From assembly GCA_051294375.1 (NCBI GenBank), contig CM119266.1, forward strand, positions 21,578,754 to 21,642,753: a DNA stretch of 64,000 bases, given 5' to 3'. Shown here piece after piece: positions 26,930 through 39,857 of the stretch. Position numbers and translations under genes: made by a program. The DNA is from Paraspadella gotoi (taxonomy: Eukaryota > Animalia > Chaetognatha). Positions within the stretch are counted from its first letter, which is position 1. Every line of letters begins with the position of its first letter. The notes beneath the pieces are model-generated. The model was given only the letters and a program-made list of their open reading frames with translations. It searched no databases and was not told where the DNA came from.

Positions 26930-27721
26930 AAAGGAGCGTCCTTCCATCTGCCCAAAGGACGTGGACGCGTCGACGAAAGGAGCCATTTCAGCCGGGTCGC
27001 GCGGTGAAGTGTCGAATTTCGTCGACGTTGGAATCGAAAGATGCGAGAAAAGAGATGGAGGTAGAGGGTGAAGGGTGAGGGTGAGGGGGGTGAGGGGGTG
27101 AATGGCGAATTGAAGAAAAAAAGGCAAAATAAGGTAGGAAAGAAACACGGATTTTTTTTACATTGCAAAATGTTGTCGAGCACTGTCGAAAAAGGTGTCG
27201 CGCGCCTGCTTTTAAAGAAAATTCCCCTTATGAGAAAATGGAAGAATGCCGTGAATTCGTCTGACTTTTTTTCAAATAAAATGTTTCGACTTTTTTAGAA
27301 GGGAAAAGAAGATCGAGAGGTATTATGTGTATTAAGATTATTATTATGGTATTATTATTATGTTATTTAAATGAATGGATAAAGTTTTAATATTGGTGTA
27401 CGGCGATTTCATAGTTAATAGCGCGCGTGGCAATTACTAAAGCATTTTTTTGAAAAAGGTATGGTACTATACTGATGTGAAGGTACGGGTGATAGTGTTT
27501 AATGATGTGAAATTCAGCTCATCGCTGCACTGATGTTTTGAAAAGCGAATAAAAAATGGTTCTGAAGCTCGTAATATTTATTTCAAATAAACAAACTGAA
27601 AATCTCTATTGTCAGATGGATGGCACAGAATTTAATTAAACAACGGAATGGAGCTAAATTAAGGAAGAAGAAAGTAAATATTTTGAGCAAAGAGAGGATA
27701 ATGCCTAAAGGAGACAAATAC

Positions 27722-27781
<60 letters not shown>

Positions 27782-30700
27782 GAAAGAAAAAGAAAGAGGT
27801 GATGATGCTATTTTGTTTGATCGAGTCTCGGACATGAATCGAAAAGACTTTCAAGGGGTGTTTTTCCCAGCGTTTGAAGTTTTCCATTTAAAAGGGAAAA
27901 AAGGACTTGTGGTTATCACAAATGAATGCTTTTTACGTGAAAGCTGGCAAAGTTTTATCTGTTAAAGAGGAAACGGGTGAGGCGAATGTGAGTTTTATTT
28001 TGTCGTGTTGAGAAAAATTAATACAGGAATTTACAAGTTGATTGAGTTATATATGGATCGTGGTGCGAGTTCATTCTCCTCCATTTCGTACCCCGTGTGT
28101 TCGAATGTGTTCTGGTGTGAAATGTGCGCGAGGCGCAGGTTATTTTTACGTTTACAGCGGCAGATGGGGGATTCCACGAACGAAAAATCTGTTTTCACTT
28201 CGTCACACGAAGCAGGAAAATTGAGAATAAAGCTCCCAAATCAATTGAAAAATTTGGTTTTCTTTTTTTTTTTTCGTTTTGTTTTTTTCTTTTTTAATTT
28301 CCATCCGGCGGCTTATAGTCTTCGGTCTTTTTTTTGGAATTTTCCATTGTCAATGGACTGGCTAAACGTTGATTATGGAGTCGAGTTGAGAATGAGAAGG
28401 CAAGAAAGAGCGTCGAGGTCAGGGTAAAAAATTTAGATAGAGATAAAACGAAATGGAAGAAAAAAAGGGGTAAAGTGCGATTGAATATTAGATACTATTT
28501 TTAGACTTTTTTCTCGAGATGGCATATTCTTAAAATAAGATTTGCAATAATTGGAGTAGTTTGCGAAGAATAGATGCTTGGGAAGATTTTTAAGGTTTAA
28601 AGGATTTGATATAACTGTAGTCCAGGTCGAACTAATAGATAGGAGGTGTATTGACTTACTAAAGCTGAGTTGCCTTGTACATAATAATGAAACCTGTCGT
28701 TCTCTTAAAGGTCCCACAGTGAATTTTTCACGTGATGTAAATAGATTATAATCTGGGCAAATAGGTGGTCGGGACGACGAAAGTGAGCAACGATGGGCGG
28801 TCTGCGCAACTTTCCTTCAAACGGGCATGAGCTACGATGTTTTCGTTATTTGCTCGTTCGTGCGTTGCATGGGACGCAGCCGGAAGCTATGGGGAAGGTG
28901 CGCCGACGGGAAGCTGCAGCGGCTGGCCGACGGAAATTTCCGGGGTATTGAGGGTAAGCGAACCTGACGGGGTGAGTAGTCAAGAAGAACAAATTTTAAA
29001 CATTATCGGCTGAGTTTTCGCGTCGTCGGGTTGTAAGACGTTTTGAAGATTTAGGAAAGCTTGCAGTTTGAAATTTAAAAAAAAAAAATGCGTTAGCTTT
29101 TAGGAAGATTCGTGCTGTGGGCTGGGGAGTGTGACGGTGGCAAGAGACGGAGAGAGAGAGAGAGGAGAGAGTAGAGAGGAGAGAAGTGAGCAGAGAGAAG
29201 AGAGGTAGAAGAGGAGAGGAGGGGAAAGAGAGAAAGCAGAGAAGAGAAGGAGTAGAGGTAGAGGGAGTGAGGAGAGCGAGAGAGAGAAGAGAGAGGAGAG
29301 AAAGAGAGAGAAGATAGAGGAGAATAGAGAGGAGCTAGGTAGTGAGAGCAGGAGAGAGGAGTAGTAGGAGGAGAGAGAAGAAGAGGGTGCTTCGAAAGTA
29401 AGATTTGCGAAGAGAACTGGATAGCGTGAGAAAAGAAGGTTCTGCCTCGTCTAATAAGACGCGGGCGTGGTTGTGACGGAGGTGATGGAGCTTGGGGTCA
29501 GATGCGCCGGCGGTATCCTCATGATCCATTCATGTCCGATTACAATTCTTCCATTCCTATCATGAGGATGAATGGTCAAAGTCCCAATGCATAGTGGTCT
29601 GGGTGCATTGCGATTCATTAATTACATTTGGTTTAGCATTCATTTGGCGTTTGCCGTTTTGCATTAACTTTTTTTTTGTGGTTTAGTTCCTTCTTTCTTT
29701 CATTCCTTTTCTTCCTCTTTCCTTATCTCGTTCTTTGCCGCTATTATTTTGTGTTTCTCTTTGGCTGCTGAGCGTCGTATCGCGTTTTATTTTCGTTTGG
29801 CTTTAATTCTTGGGTTGTATGCCTAGTATTTCTTTGGTTTTGTAATGTACTGTTTTGTTGTTGTTCAATGCGCGTATTCGTATTTCCAGTTTACTCGACT
29901 GAAGGTCGTCGGTCATCGTTATTGGGAAGTTGGGTGCGTCAAGGCAACCGCGAACGTCTGGAGGGAGAAAGGAAATGGGAGAAAATAGAAGGAGAAGAAG
30001 TGTGAGAGGAAAGATAGAACGGTTGAACCAGGCTTTGGTGGTTTACAGGCCTCAATCACTCTTAACAAAATAGATGACATGACTTGTAAGAGTGATGGGG
30101 AGGCGCCTTAAAACCACCAAAGGCCTGTCCAAAGTCAGGGGCAGAGATCAGCTTATTTAGTGTAAATGAAATGATAATTTTATATTGGTTGTACCAAATT
30201 TCAGATAAAATTCAGCTCCTTGTATTTTGATGCTGAGTGCGGGAGTACAAAAGTATTCCCCGTCTAAGTACTTAAGGGAAGTGGTGCTTTATCATAGGCA
30301 ATTGAAACATGTCTTTGAAATATTTTCCACTTCATTGATAGGGAGCCGATGGTACTCTGAGGAGTGAATAGGAACGAGACTGGTGGAGAGAGTCTTGATT
30401 GAAAGCTTGCCAGGGACCGCTGCTATGAACATTATCCTTGTAATGGAGCTGAATGGGACGGCCTTAAGACGCACGCAGAAGCCTGCTCCAAAGTCAGGGG
30501 AAGATACTTAGTTTATTAAATGATGGATAGATGTTTTATTATTTGGGTTGTAGCGCAATTTCATAGCGGATCATGGAGGTGCCCTGTTTTTTGAACGCGC
30601 ATGAGTGCTCCACGCACTCACTGCTGCGTAGTTTGGTATTCGAGCTCCTCCTCATACAAGGAGTGGAAGCATGAGCCTTTGTTCAGTGAGAGTAACCAGA

Positions 30701-33700
30701 TAATCTGTGGTCTCCAGTACGTGTTGCTCGGCCCCTCGCCACCCGTGGCGAACTCTGCACGAGGGGACGCCTCGGTTGCTAAGTAACGGAGGACGAGACG
30801 GCGGATCGTCGGGCCGGACGTATCGTAGTGTGGTCGTTCGGTACCGGGCCGCGGTAGGTTGGAGAGTTGTTAATTGGGTTAGCAGGTTTGGCGGTTGGTA
30901 AGTGGTAATTGGGTTGTATTAATAATAGAGATAAAATAGTAAATCAAAATTAATTTTTTGGTGCTATTGTAAAGGTTTGCAGGTAGCATTCTAAATAATG
31001 CGGGCTATTGAGAGGGAAGAAATATAGTGAGAGTGAATTTGCTGTTGGGCCTTAAAAGAATCTCTAGTATAAGATGAAGTGGCGCTATTTTCAAATTGAT
31101 TAACGAACGCCGTACAAAGACATTTAATATTTTAAAGAATGATTGAGCTATCTTTAAATACGTTTGTTTTCTTTAATTTCTCTTATGGTCCGGCTTTTAG
31201 TTCCCACGGCAAATCGAATGGCGCGAGCGGGTGGCAATGCTCCGCTTCCTCCCGGCTTCGGAAAGTGTCAGCCAAGTGGTTTTTATTGCATTTCGGATTT
31301 ATGGAATCTGTGGGTCAAACACAGGCGGGTAAGTTGATGGCGGATGGGACGGGGTAGAAATGGCGGGAGAGAGAGAGAGAGGAGAGAGAGAGAGGCAGGA
31401 GAGCGAGGAGAGAGAGAGAGAGAGAGGAGAAGAGAGAGAGAGAGAGAGAGAGAGATTGATGGTTGCCTGCGGGACGCGGCGGAGAAGATGGAAAAAGATG
31501 GTCGCGCGATCGAAATAAACGAAAGTAGGAATAGTCAAGAGAATAGTCTGTGTAAAGAAAAATCAAAAGGGAAGAGGAGAATATAGTCTGTAAAGTAGTC
31601 ACGTCAGAGGAAAAATAAGACAGAAAAAAAGAGATATACGGGCTTCGGGCGGGACCTTTAGTGTACGTCCGGGTTTTTATGTTTATGTTTTAATGTGTAG
31701 CGTACTGATAATGGTCCTGTTGTTTAAAATATACTACCAGTTTTAGTCAGGCGAGTGTATAGGAAATTGGGTACATCAATCGCAATAAAAATACCAATAA
31801 TATTTATACAAGCAGTGCTTTGGGAATAGTGAGTGCAGAGGGCTTTGTGGGGTTTTTTTTTATTGCTTAAAGCGTTTGCGCTCAACTTCGACACGAGGTG
31901 TCACGCGGTCTTTTGGGATTCAGCTAGGCAATTTTGTTTTTTCTATAGCTCTCTTTTCCCCGCCTTCCTATTTTCCATAGCAACAGGGTGGTACGGACGA
32001 GAGAAATAAAGCACTTTTGAAGAGTTTGTTTCTCGCAGCGCTTCGCGTCGTGCTGTTTAATACTTGCTTAGAAAACCATCAATATTTATGCGCGTGTTGG
32101 TGGTATAAGCTTTGATACTGCGGGGGCGCATGTGAGTGGTTCGAACTATGCGGGGACGTTTCGAATTCAAGCATTTTTCAAATAATACGTGAACCGCGGA
32201 AAGGACTGGGGCTGAGAATAGAAAGAAACGCGAATTTGACCGTCAAGAAATCGTCGACAAAGATCGGCGTCACAGTCAATCGGGAGTGAAAAAATTTTAC
32301 CTTGCCAACGAACGGGATGAAGCGACACCTTTAAAAACGGTATTCAGAAACGAAAAAAGCGGACCGAACACGTCTGATCTGACGGGGGAAAGAAAATTTA
32401 GTCCGTTCGCCCTTCAGCAAAGATTAACGCATGGAATCGTGGGAAAGAGGTGAATTGCGGGACGAGATTTCCGTCGATAAATCTGCAAGCGAAGCATGGG
32501 GAAGCCTAAAAGTCTAATGAGGCAGGCCAAACATTGGGAGCGACATGGTGGAGCGTTTTGTTAATTTTGACCCAGAGAAAGTAGAAAAAAATTGTGTTTG
32601 ATATTATGAATCTTGTTTTTCCGGCTTCCCTTAATTGCATTTTTCTAAACTGTCTTGATGAATTTCAGGGTCGAAACGCGTATACAGATTGTCATAGTTT
32701 GGCCGGATTGTAAAGAAGGCGAGGATAGCATACAAAGGGCCGTCAGTGGGTTTTGGTGAGGTATCTATTCTTTAAAATAAAGAAGAAATTGAATAAAATA
32801 GGATGGTATAATAAATCATACAACCTTTACCTCTCAGGAAGTTGTGGTGGAATCGGTGGGCGGGCAGAGAAACCGGGTACGTTAAGGAAAAGGCTCGCAG
32901 CGGAGGAGAGCGGTATGTTTCGTACTGGATACTGACTATGACAGGACAGAGAAAGGGAGTGTCCGGACAAGGAGATACAGCAGACGAAAAATATTAGCGC
33001 TTGATTTGGAGATGAGAAAGAAGAGGGAAGGCACCGAAGAGGAAAATTGGGAGGTATGGGATAGGAAGGGGAGAATGAGATTGGAGATGTGCAGGGTCTT
33101 GGGGTGGGTGATGGTAAAGGTCTATGTGTCTCGGATTAGGCCGGCTATGCAACGGTCGGCTAGGTGTTTGAGCTACTGGTTCGTCAAACGGGTAAAATTC
33201 GAAACTCACGGGGGAATTGTACTGGCCCAGAATACCGGTGACGGACTTTATATAGCTTATAGCCTAATACACTCTGGTCTTTTTTTTTTGGAGTCGGGAG
33301 ACCGGGCTTTTAGTTCACTTTGTATGTCGTGCGTGCGGAGAAAATGGCCGGAGTCTCGACGGTGGAGGACTTTTTTGGCTGCTCGTTTTTAAATATTATT
33401 ACTGTGTTTATTGTGGAACGAAGGAAAGAACAATTGTGTTTTTTATAGGAAGTGCGATGAGAACATGAGAATCGGCTATGTGGCGGTAGGGGAAGACGGC
33501 GCGAGATTGTTTCTATTTAGATAATTATTATGGTTATTATTTTTTTGTTGTGTGTTCCGTCGGCGGTTATTCTTGGGCTGTTAGTGGTTGTGTGGTCAAA
33601 ATTTGAAAGTTCTGGTACCATAGTTGGTTAGACGTATGTGGGCATGATCGTTTAGGTTGGTTTGTTTAAGTGCCTCGGCGCTGGAGTGAGCGTTTCGGCA

Positions 33701-33870
33701 AGGGTTATCTCTTTTCGGGGTTGTAAAAGATTAGGACAGCGGGAAAACCAAAAGAAGTCCGATGGATATGGTTTTATAGTAAAGTAGCGTCGGCATATGA
33801 GTTTAAAAGAAAAGATTAAATACACTCTGCGCCGGCGTGCGTTTGCTTTAATATGTATGGAGTGCAAAGT
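26930..33870 (+). CDS. Putative multi-exon type I membrane protein, receptor tyrosine kinase-like (FN3-like ectodomain, TM, degenerate kinase-like motifs); envelope coordinates
   Basis: All translations need indel correction. Exon 28765-28971 (ag|...|gtgagt) gives ...SAQLSLQTGMSYDVFVIARS..., an FN3 L-x-x-G-x-x-Y-x-V-x-V-x-A pattern. ~29575-29660 gives a hydrophobic IVVWV..SLITFGLAFIWR. Exon 31201-31328 gives EWRERVAMLRFL...RIYGICG. 33164-33260 gives CLSYW..THGGIVLAQN, ~33340 gives KWPES and ~33470 gives ESAMW, in kinase subdomain order. Confidence 0.35.
27722..27797. repeat. (GAAA)n microsatellite
   Basis: Perfect gaaa run. Confidence 0.95.
30029..30127. repeat. ~100-bp fold-back inverted repeat (~40-bp arms, ~15-nt loop)
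   Basis: caggctttggtggtttacaggcctcaatcactcttaacaa pairs with ttgtaagagtgatggggaggcgccttaaaaccaccaaaggcctg. Confidence 0.8.
30085..30610. repeat. Degenerate direct duplication, period ~360 bp
   Basis: ccaaagtcagggg at 30129 and 30488, with similar flanks (cttgtaa..g..atggg..ccttaa upstream; ttttat..ttggttgta..caa.tttca downstream). Confidence 0.65.
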
Positions 33871-34329
33871 TTTTTGAAGAAACTAAGTTGTATTATTTAG
33901 AATAGGGCTTGTTGGGATTGGCGAAAGTGAGAGGGTCAGGCGCGCTTGTTTTAAGTTTTGTAACATTGGAGCCGGCTGAAATTGTTCAAAGAATCAAGTT
34001 TGACATATGTTATCTTTTTTGTTTATTACATAGGCGGGATAGTAAGTTTTAAGACGATCTATGCTTTTAACCCAACGAGTCGTTTTTAAGCGTTCAAATT
34101 CGATGAATTGGTTTTAACTATTTGTTTTTAAAAAACTGGCGCGGGAACACGCCGGACTCTGTTGTGCCGGACCGTGATTGGCGTCGATGTTTNNNNNNNN
34201 NNNNNNNNNNNNNNNNNCCTCTCTCTCTCTCTCTCTCCTCTCTCCTCATCTCTATTCTCTCTCTCTCCCCCTCCCTCCCTCCCCCTCCGTTCCTCGATAA
34301 ATTTAACTAATATACAAATTTTCAACTTT

Positions 34330-37300
34330 TCCTTTTTCATTTCCTATTCCTTTCTTCCTTCTCTTCCTTCTTTCCTCCCTTCGCCATTCCTTCTCTTTTC
34401 TCCATCTCCCTTTCTCCTTCCCGCTTTCTCGTCTTCCTTTCCTCGCCTTCGCTTTATCTTTCCCTTGCCGCTCGTTCCTTTCTCAACAAGTATCTCAGAG
34501 CTGACAAAAAAGAAAATGTAAGCGAATGTTGCTCAATTCCACTTGTTAGTTTTTTTTTGCTCTCCTTGTGAAACGCGAATCTCGTGCGAGGATATGACCA
34601 GATCGATGTCCCTTCGCTCTTCCCTCTTTCTCCTTCTTTTACGTCGTCTCGTTCTGATCGTGGGGCGTGATGTGAGAGCGCGCGCGCGGTATTGATGTGC
34701 ATAGTGAGTTCTTTTAATGGCGTAGAGGTTTTTTTTTTTTCTATTTTTTTTTTCAAATAGTATATAAACGCGCATTGTCCTGTGGAAATATGTTAATGAG
34801 AGGGAACAAAAAACTCGCTAAATTTCTCTGGAAATACTGATGCTTTAACATTTTGTTCAAAACTTAAACGGAGGGAAATTGAAGTTGTTTGATAGACTTT
34901 TGTTCATTACTTGTTTTTTTTAAGTGATTTGCTCACTTTTTCCGATTTCTCCTGTCTTATCTTCTCTTTTTCTCTCTTTCATTCACTTGTAATTCTCTCT
35001 CTTCCTCTCTCGTCTCTCTTCTCTCTCTCTTCGTTCTTCTCTCTTCGCTCGCTCATGCCTCTCTCTTGTCGTCTCCGTCTTCGGTCTCTCTCTTCGGTAG
35101 TGATCGCGCATGCCGAAATAATTTCTCCCTCTGTACGCTGTCGGTCAAATTATTAGGAGGCGTCAGTAGATCCTTTGCCAACCTGTCGCAAGTTAGAAGG
35201 CTATAATGAGGGGGCGGAGAAGGAAGAAATGGAGACGATAGATATATGGCGGATACTGTTAGCCGCTTTTTTTTTACCGAGAGGATTGTTGGAGAGGGCG
35301 GGTGAGGGGGGGATAAGGATTGAGGGATGAATGAAGGCTGGAGCGGGGGGGGAAATATGGAATACGAGAGATTAAGTGGGAATGTTATTTGAAAAATTTT
35401 ATATTTGTGGTTCGATATGGAATTGATAATTATTAAATATATTAAAATGAATAACATGGAAAAAGTGAGGTCGCAGATTAAGCGAGTAGTGAAGAACGTG
35501 CGTAAGGTGTAGATGTAAAATAGTTCAATTAAATTTTTAAAAGCTTTTTTCTAGCGTTTAATAGAGAGTTTATCCAATTTAGAGGAATAATGCATTTTAA
35601 AAAGACTAATGAAGCGTGGTGCGACATAATTGTATTGCGTGTGAGGGAGTCAGATGCGAGAAGAGAGAAGTCTAGGTTTGGGTCGAATGTGTGAGACCTG
35701 TGAGTGATGGAGATGAGTGACTTCAGTGTGAGTGAAGGGAGACCGACGATGGGAGAGGAGCAGTAGAGAGAGAGATGAGAGAGAGAGAGAGATGGAGGAG
35801 GATGAGAGAGAGAGACGAGAGAAGACGAAGAGGAGAGAGAGAGACGAGAGAGAGAGAGAGATAGAGGAGATACGATGAGGAGAGGGAGAGGAGAGAGGAG
35901 AAAAGAGAGAGAGAGAATTTGAGAATAAGTAACGCGAAATGTACGGGAGGAGTTAGAATGAAGGGGAGGTTAATGCAGAAGGTGAAAAGCGAAGGTTTTA
36001 CAGATGAACGATGCTGCGGAGATCAAAGAGGAAGAAGATTTCTAGGAATGAACGACATTCTCACAAGTCTCAAGATTCTTTTTGTTCTTTATCGTTAAAA
36101 TTTCTGTTTATCTAAAAAACCCTCACGCCATCGACGCTGACCTCTTTGGCTCCGAGAACAGAAACGGGGCTCTCTCAACGGAAGGCCTCGGGTTCAAAAC
36201 CCGGACGTAACTCGGTCTCGTTAACGACATCCCGTAGAAACGACCTAACACCCCCATCGGGCGTTTTCCACCCCTTCGCCTCTTCCTTCCTTTGCCCCCC
36301 CCCCCGGAAACTCTCTCCGGAGGGGGGGAGAAGGAAGAGGAAGAGGAAGCGAGAAAATGAAAGAACAAAAAACGAAGTCGGGCGGAAATAAGCTGAGTTC
36401 TTTCGTCGGAGACTAAGGGGAAAAAAAAGAAAAAAGTAAAAAAAATGAGAGAAAGACGGAAAAAATAATAATGATAATAATGAAGAAAAAGGAAAAGCGC
36501 CGAAGGGGAAAGGAAACGACCCGAAAGAGAAAAGATAAAAAGTTTATCATTTAGCGATGAAGTGAAGTAGGAATGGACTGTCTTTTAAGTGTGGAGATCT
36601 CGGGCACAAAAAATTTATTTGAGATATGTCACAATGATAATTATACGTGTAGTAGTATAATTTATTAAGTACAAGAAAAAAATTTTTTATATGCCGAGTG
36701 GAACAGTATCAGAAATTACGATATTAAATTAATTATAGAATTATAAATTTTCAAAAGGACTTTTTTTAAATTTTTTTATAGATTCTCTTAAAAAGTTCAA
36801 TGATAAGTATAAAAAACGGTTTTTTTAAAATTTCTGATGTTTTCTGTTTCAAAAATGGAAAAAAGTTTTAAATTAAATATATGAAATTGGTACAACCAAT
36901 ATAAAAATTATCTTATTTATTTATTATTATTATTTATTATTATAAAAATTATATATTATTATATATTATTTATATATGTATTATATATTTATATATTCTA
37001 TGAAAATATTCAATTCGCTTGTTTTCCTTCGATTCCGCGGTTATATTTTTTCATCGTAACTAAACTAGGGGAGCAGTAGATAAAGAACGAATTTATAATG
37101 TTATTAAGACGCCCACAAAAACTTGTTAATACCAATTTAAACCGTATTTTTAAGTTTTGCTTATTAATTCTTTTAATATATTTCTCAATGCTACTCACTT
37201 CGTTTTTATTTCTCCTTCCTTCGCAAAAAGAATAAACAAAAAAAAAACTCGAATCCTCCCCACCCCCCCCACCTCGCCAACCGCTTCCTTTCGCTCGGTC

Positions 37301-37890
37301 CAGTCCTATGTCAATGTCCCATTGTTCTTTTTGTTTTCGGAGTAGCATTTTTGGCGTTGTATACCCCGCTCGCCAGGGACAACCCGTCTCGAATCCTTCA
37401 AAGGCCTTTCCGCTCAAGGATATTTATATTACCTGCCAACTCAAAGCCTCCAAAATGGAAAAAGGGGGAAAAAAAGTATTATTTTTTTCGAATCGGTTGA
37501 CCGTGAACAGAATTGCCCGATAAATAATAATAATTTGTTTACTTTAAAGAAAAGCAAAAAAATATTGCAAAGTATGCAATGAAACATAAACATCGGAAGT
37601 GAAACGTGGCTTGCTTATCTCAAAACGAAAGAACTACAGAACGAACTAAATAACTAACAAACGAACGAAAGCTGTGGCGTACAAAAAAGAAAAACTCGTT
37701 GGCGTACAAACTACTAACTACTCAGTGACATCTCGGAAAATATGTATCAATATGAGAGAGAAACTCACAAATTAAAAAAAAATAAAATAAATAATAAAAA
37801 GAAGAATTTCTCCGATGGGAAAATAAGAAGTAAACACTCCTAAACGGAGAAGGAAATGAGACAGAGAGAGAGAGAGAAGAGGAGAGAATC
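34330..37890. repeat. Duplicated block C, copy homologous to 39160-42717
   Basis: Colinear matches such as 36060-36900~40160-41090 and 37435-37870~42152-42590. Confidence 0.9.
36127..36244 (-). CDS. Candidate exon of an unidentified minus-strand gene (homologue ~40230-40358)
   Basis: GC-rich island bounded on minus by ttag| and |gtgagg, with the boundaries retained in both copies. Frame uncertain. Confidence 0.3.
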
Positions 37891-38826
37891 CATCATGAAG
37901 TCCTGACCTGTTCACATCTATATGTTGAGGACGTTACCTGCATGGAATGGACCACGAAGTTCATGGTGCACAAATACTGCGATGATACCCTCAATCTGGT
38001 CAATCGGGAAACACACTGTCAGAGGCGAAAGATAAACTACAAAAGGTTTTAAAATGATATTGTAAAATGGGTGTGAAACATGGCAACTACCGCTGTCAAA
38101 GGGAAAATCGGGGTTAATTGACGGTCTTTAGCCGATGCCTCATAAGACATTCCCTGCTGAGTCTTTGAATCTTTTAACATCGGAGATGATGCATGTCGTG
38201 AGAAATATAAGAATTCACATTGCTTGGGTATTTGTTCTAGATGAAAAACTTTTATGGACAGAAGATTCATTGATTCTTTATTAGACAAAGCCAAAAGGGC
38301 AAAAATCTTTTTGGCAATCGCAATAAAATAGCAAAGAAAGTTAAATGACAATTATAAAACTGTTCTTTCAGCTCTACAACAGTCTGGTCATTTTCAATCT
38401 TTGAATACTCTAGTCCAAACCTTGGATAAACTCGATGCAAAAGCCAATGGAAAAATAGAAAACTGGCATTGCGAGCAAATGAAAAACCTTTTTTAAAACT
38501 TCCAATACATACGTTCGGCAAATGTTGTTATGATGCAGCAAAAATGTCGAAAAAATTTAACGCACCAAGTTAACAAAAAAAGCCTGCAAACAATCGTGAG
38601 CATGGGTGAACGGACAACATTCTTTTCGATGACATCTATTGAATATCTTCATTACGGAGATATTTCCAACAATACAAATCCCCAATGCAAAAATTGTCTA
38701 GTAAACTTTGTGGGATTTGTTCAGTCAAGTCACTCTTCAGACCATAACACATTCTGCCGGAAGTGTCAAAATAAATATCCAGAAACACACTTAGCACATA
38801 GTAGTTACGCTGATTGGGATCATTAA
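37891..38826 (+). pseudogene. Intronless frameshifted coding-like segment (~300 codons) ending in CxxC...CxxC
   Basis: Consecutive open segments: HEVLTCSHLYVEDVTCMEWTTKFMVHKYCDD..., NDNYKTVLSALQQSGHFQSLNTLVQTLDKLDAKANGKIENWHCEQMKNLF, and ORF 38530-38826 ...PQCKNCLVNF...TFCRKCQNKYP...WDH*. High complexity and A/T-ending codons, unlike host exons. The frameshifts may be sequencing errors. Confidence 0.5.
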
Positions 38827-39088
38827 TGTCTAATTCCTATCATATTATTTTTTTGTTTTGTTTTGGTTTTTTACGATTTTACGTTTTCTGACCGTTCACG
38901 TAACTTTTCATTGTGTCTGTCGGGTTCGGGATCAAAACAGTTCAAAATGTTTTAAAGGAACATTACCAAATAGTAATTTTAAATTTTGTTTTTAACGTCA
39001 ACGTAATGTCTTTAATTGAAAGACCCTATTAAGCGGCTTAATCGCGGAGCGTCAGGTCCGTTGTTGTATTCATTTATTCATTTTATCA

Positions 39089-39145
<57 letters not shown>

Positions 39146-39159
39146 TCTCTCTCTTTCTT

Positions 39160-39765
39160 CCTTCCTCCCTCTCGGCTATATCGCGATCCGAAATAATTTC
39201 TCCCTCTTACTCTGCGTCAATTATTAGGGCGTCATAAATCCTTCTTGCCACCTTCCAAGATGAAGCCTATAAAGGGGGCGGAGAGAAGAAGAAATGGAGA
39301 CGATAAAATTATTATGGCGGATACTTTTAGCCGCTGTTTTTTTTACGAAGGAGGATTGTGGAGAGAAAGGCGGTGTGGAGGGGAGAAGGATTGAGGGATG
39401 AAATGGCAGGCTGGAGGCAGGGGGGGGGGAAATGGAATACGAGAGATTAAGTGTTTTTGAAAAATTTTAATTTGTGGTCGATATGATAAATAATTAGAAA
39501 TATTTGTCTAAGTTATAAGGTCGCATTAGCGAGTAGTAAAAACTGCGAAGCTGCTAGATAAAATAGTTTCAAATTAAATTTTTAAGCTTTTTTTACGTTT
39601 AGCATACGAGAGTTATCAATTAAGAGATAATGCATTTAAAAAGACTATGAAGGTGGGCGACATTAATTGGTATTCGCGTGAGGAGTCAATGCGAGATGAG
39701 AAGAAGTCTATTTGGCGAGAGTTGAACTGAGCATGGAGTAGGATTAGGTGATAGTCCACGACTGT

Positions 39766-39796
<31 letters not shown>

Positions 39797-39818
39797 GATG
39801 AGAGAGACGAGAGAAGAG

Positions 39819-39857
<39 letters not shown>

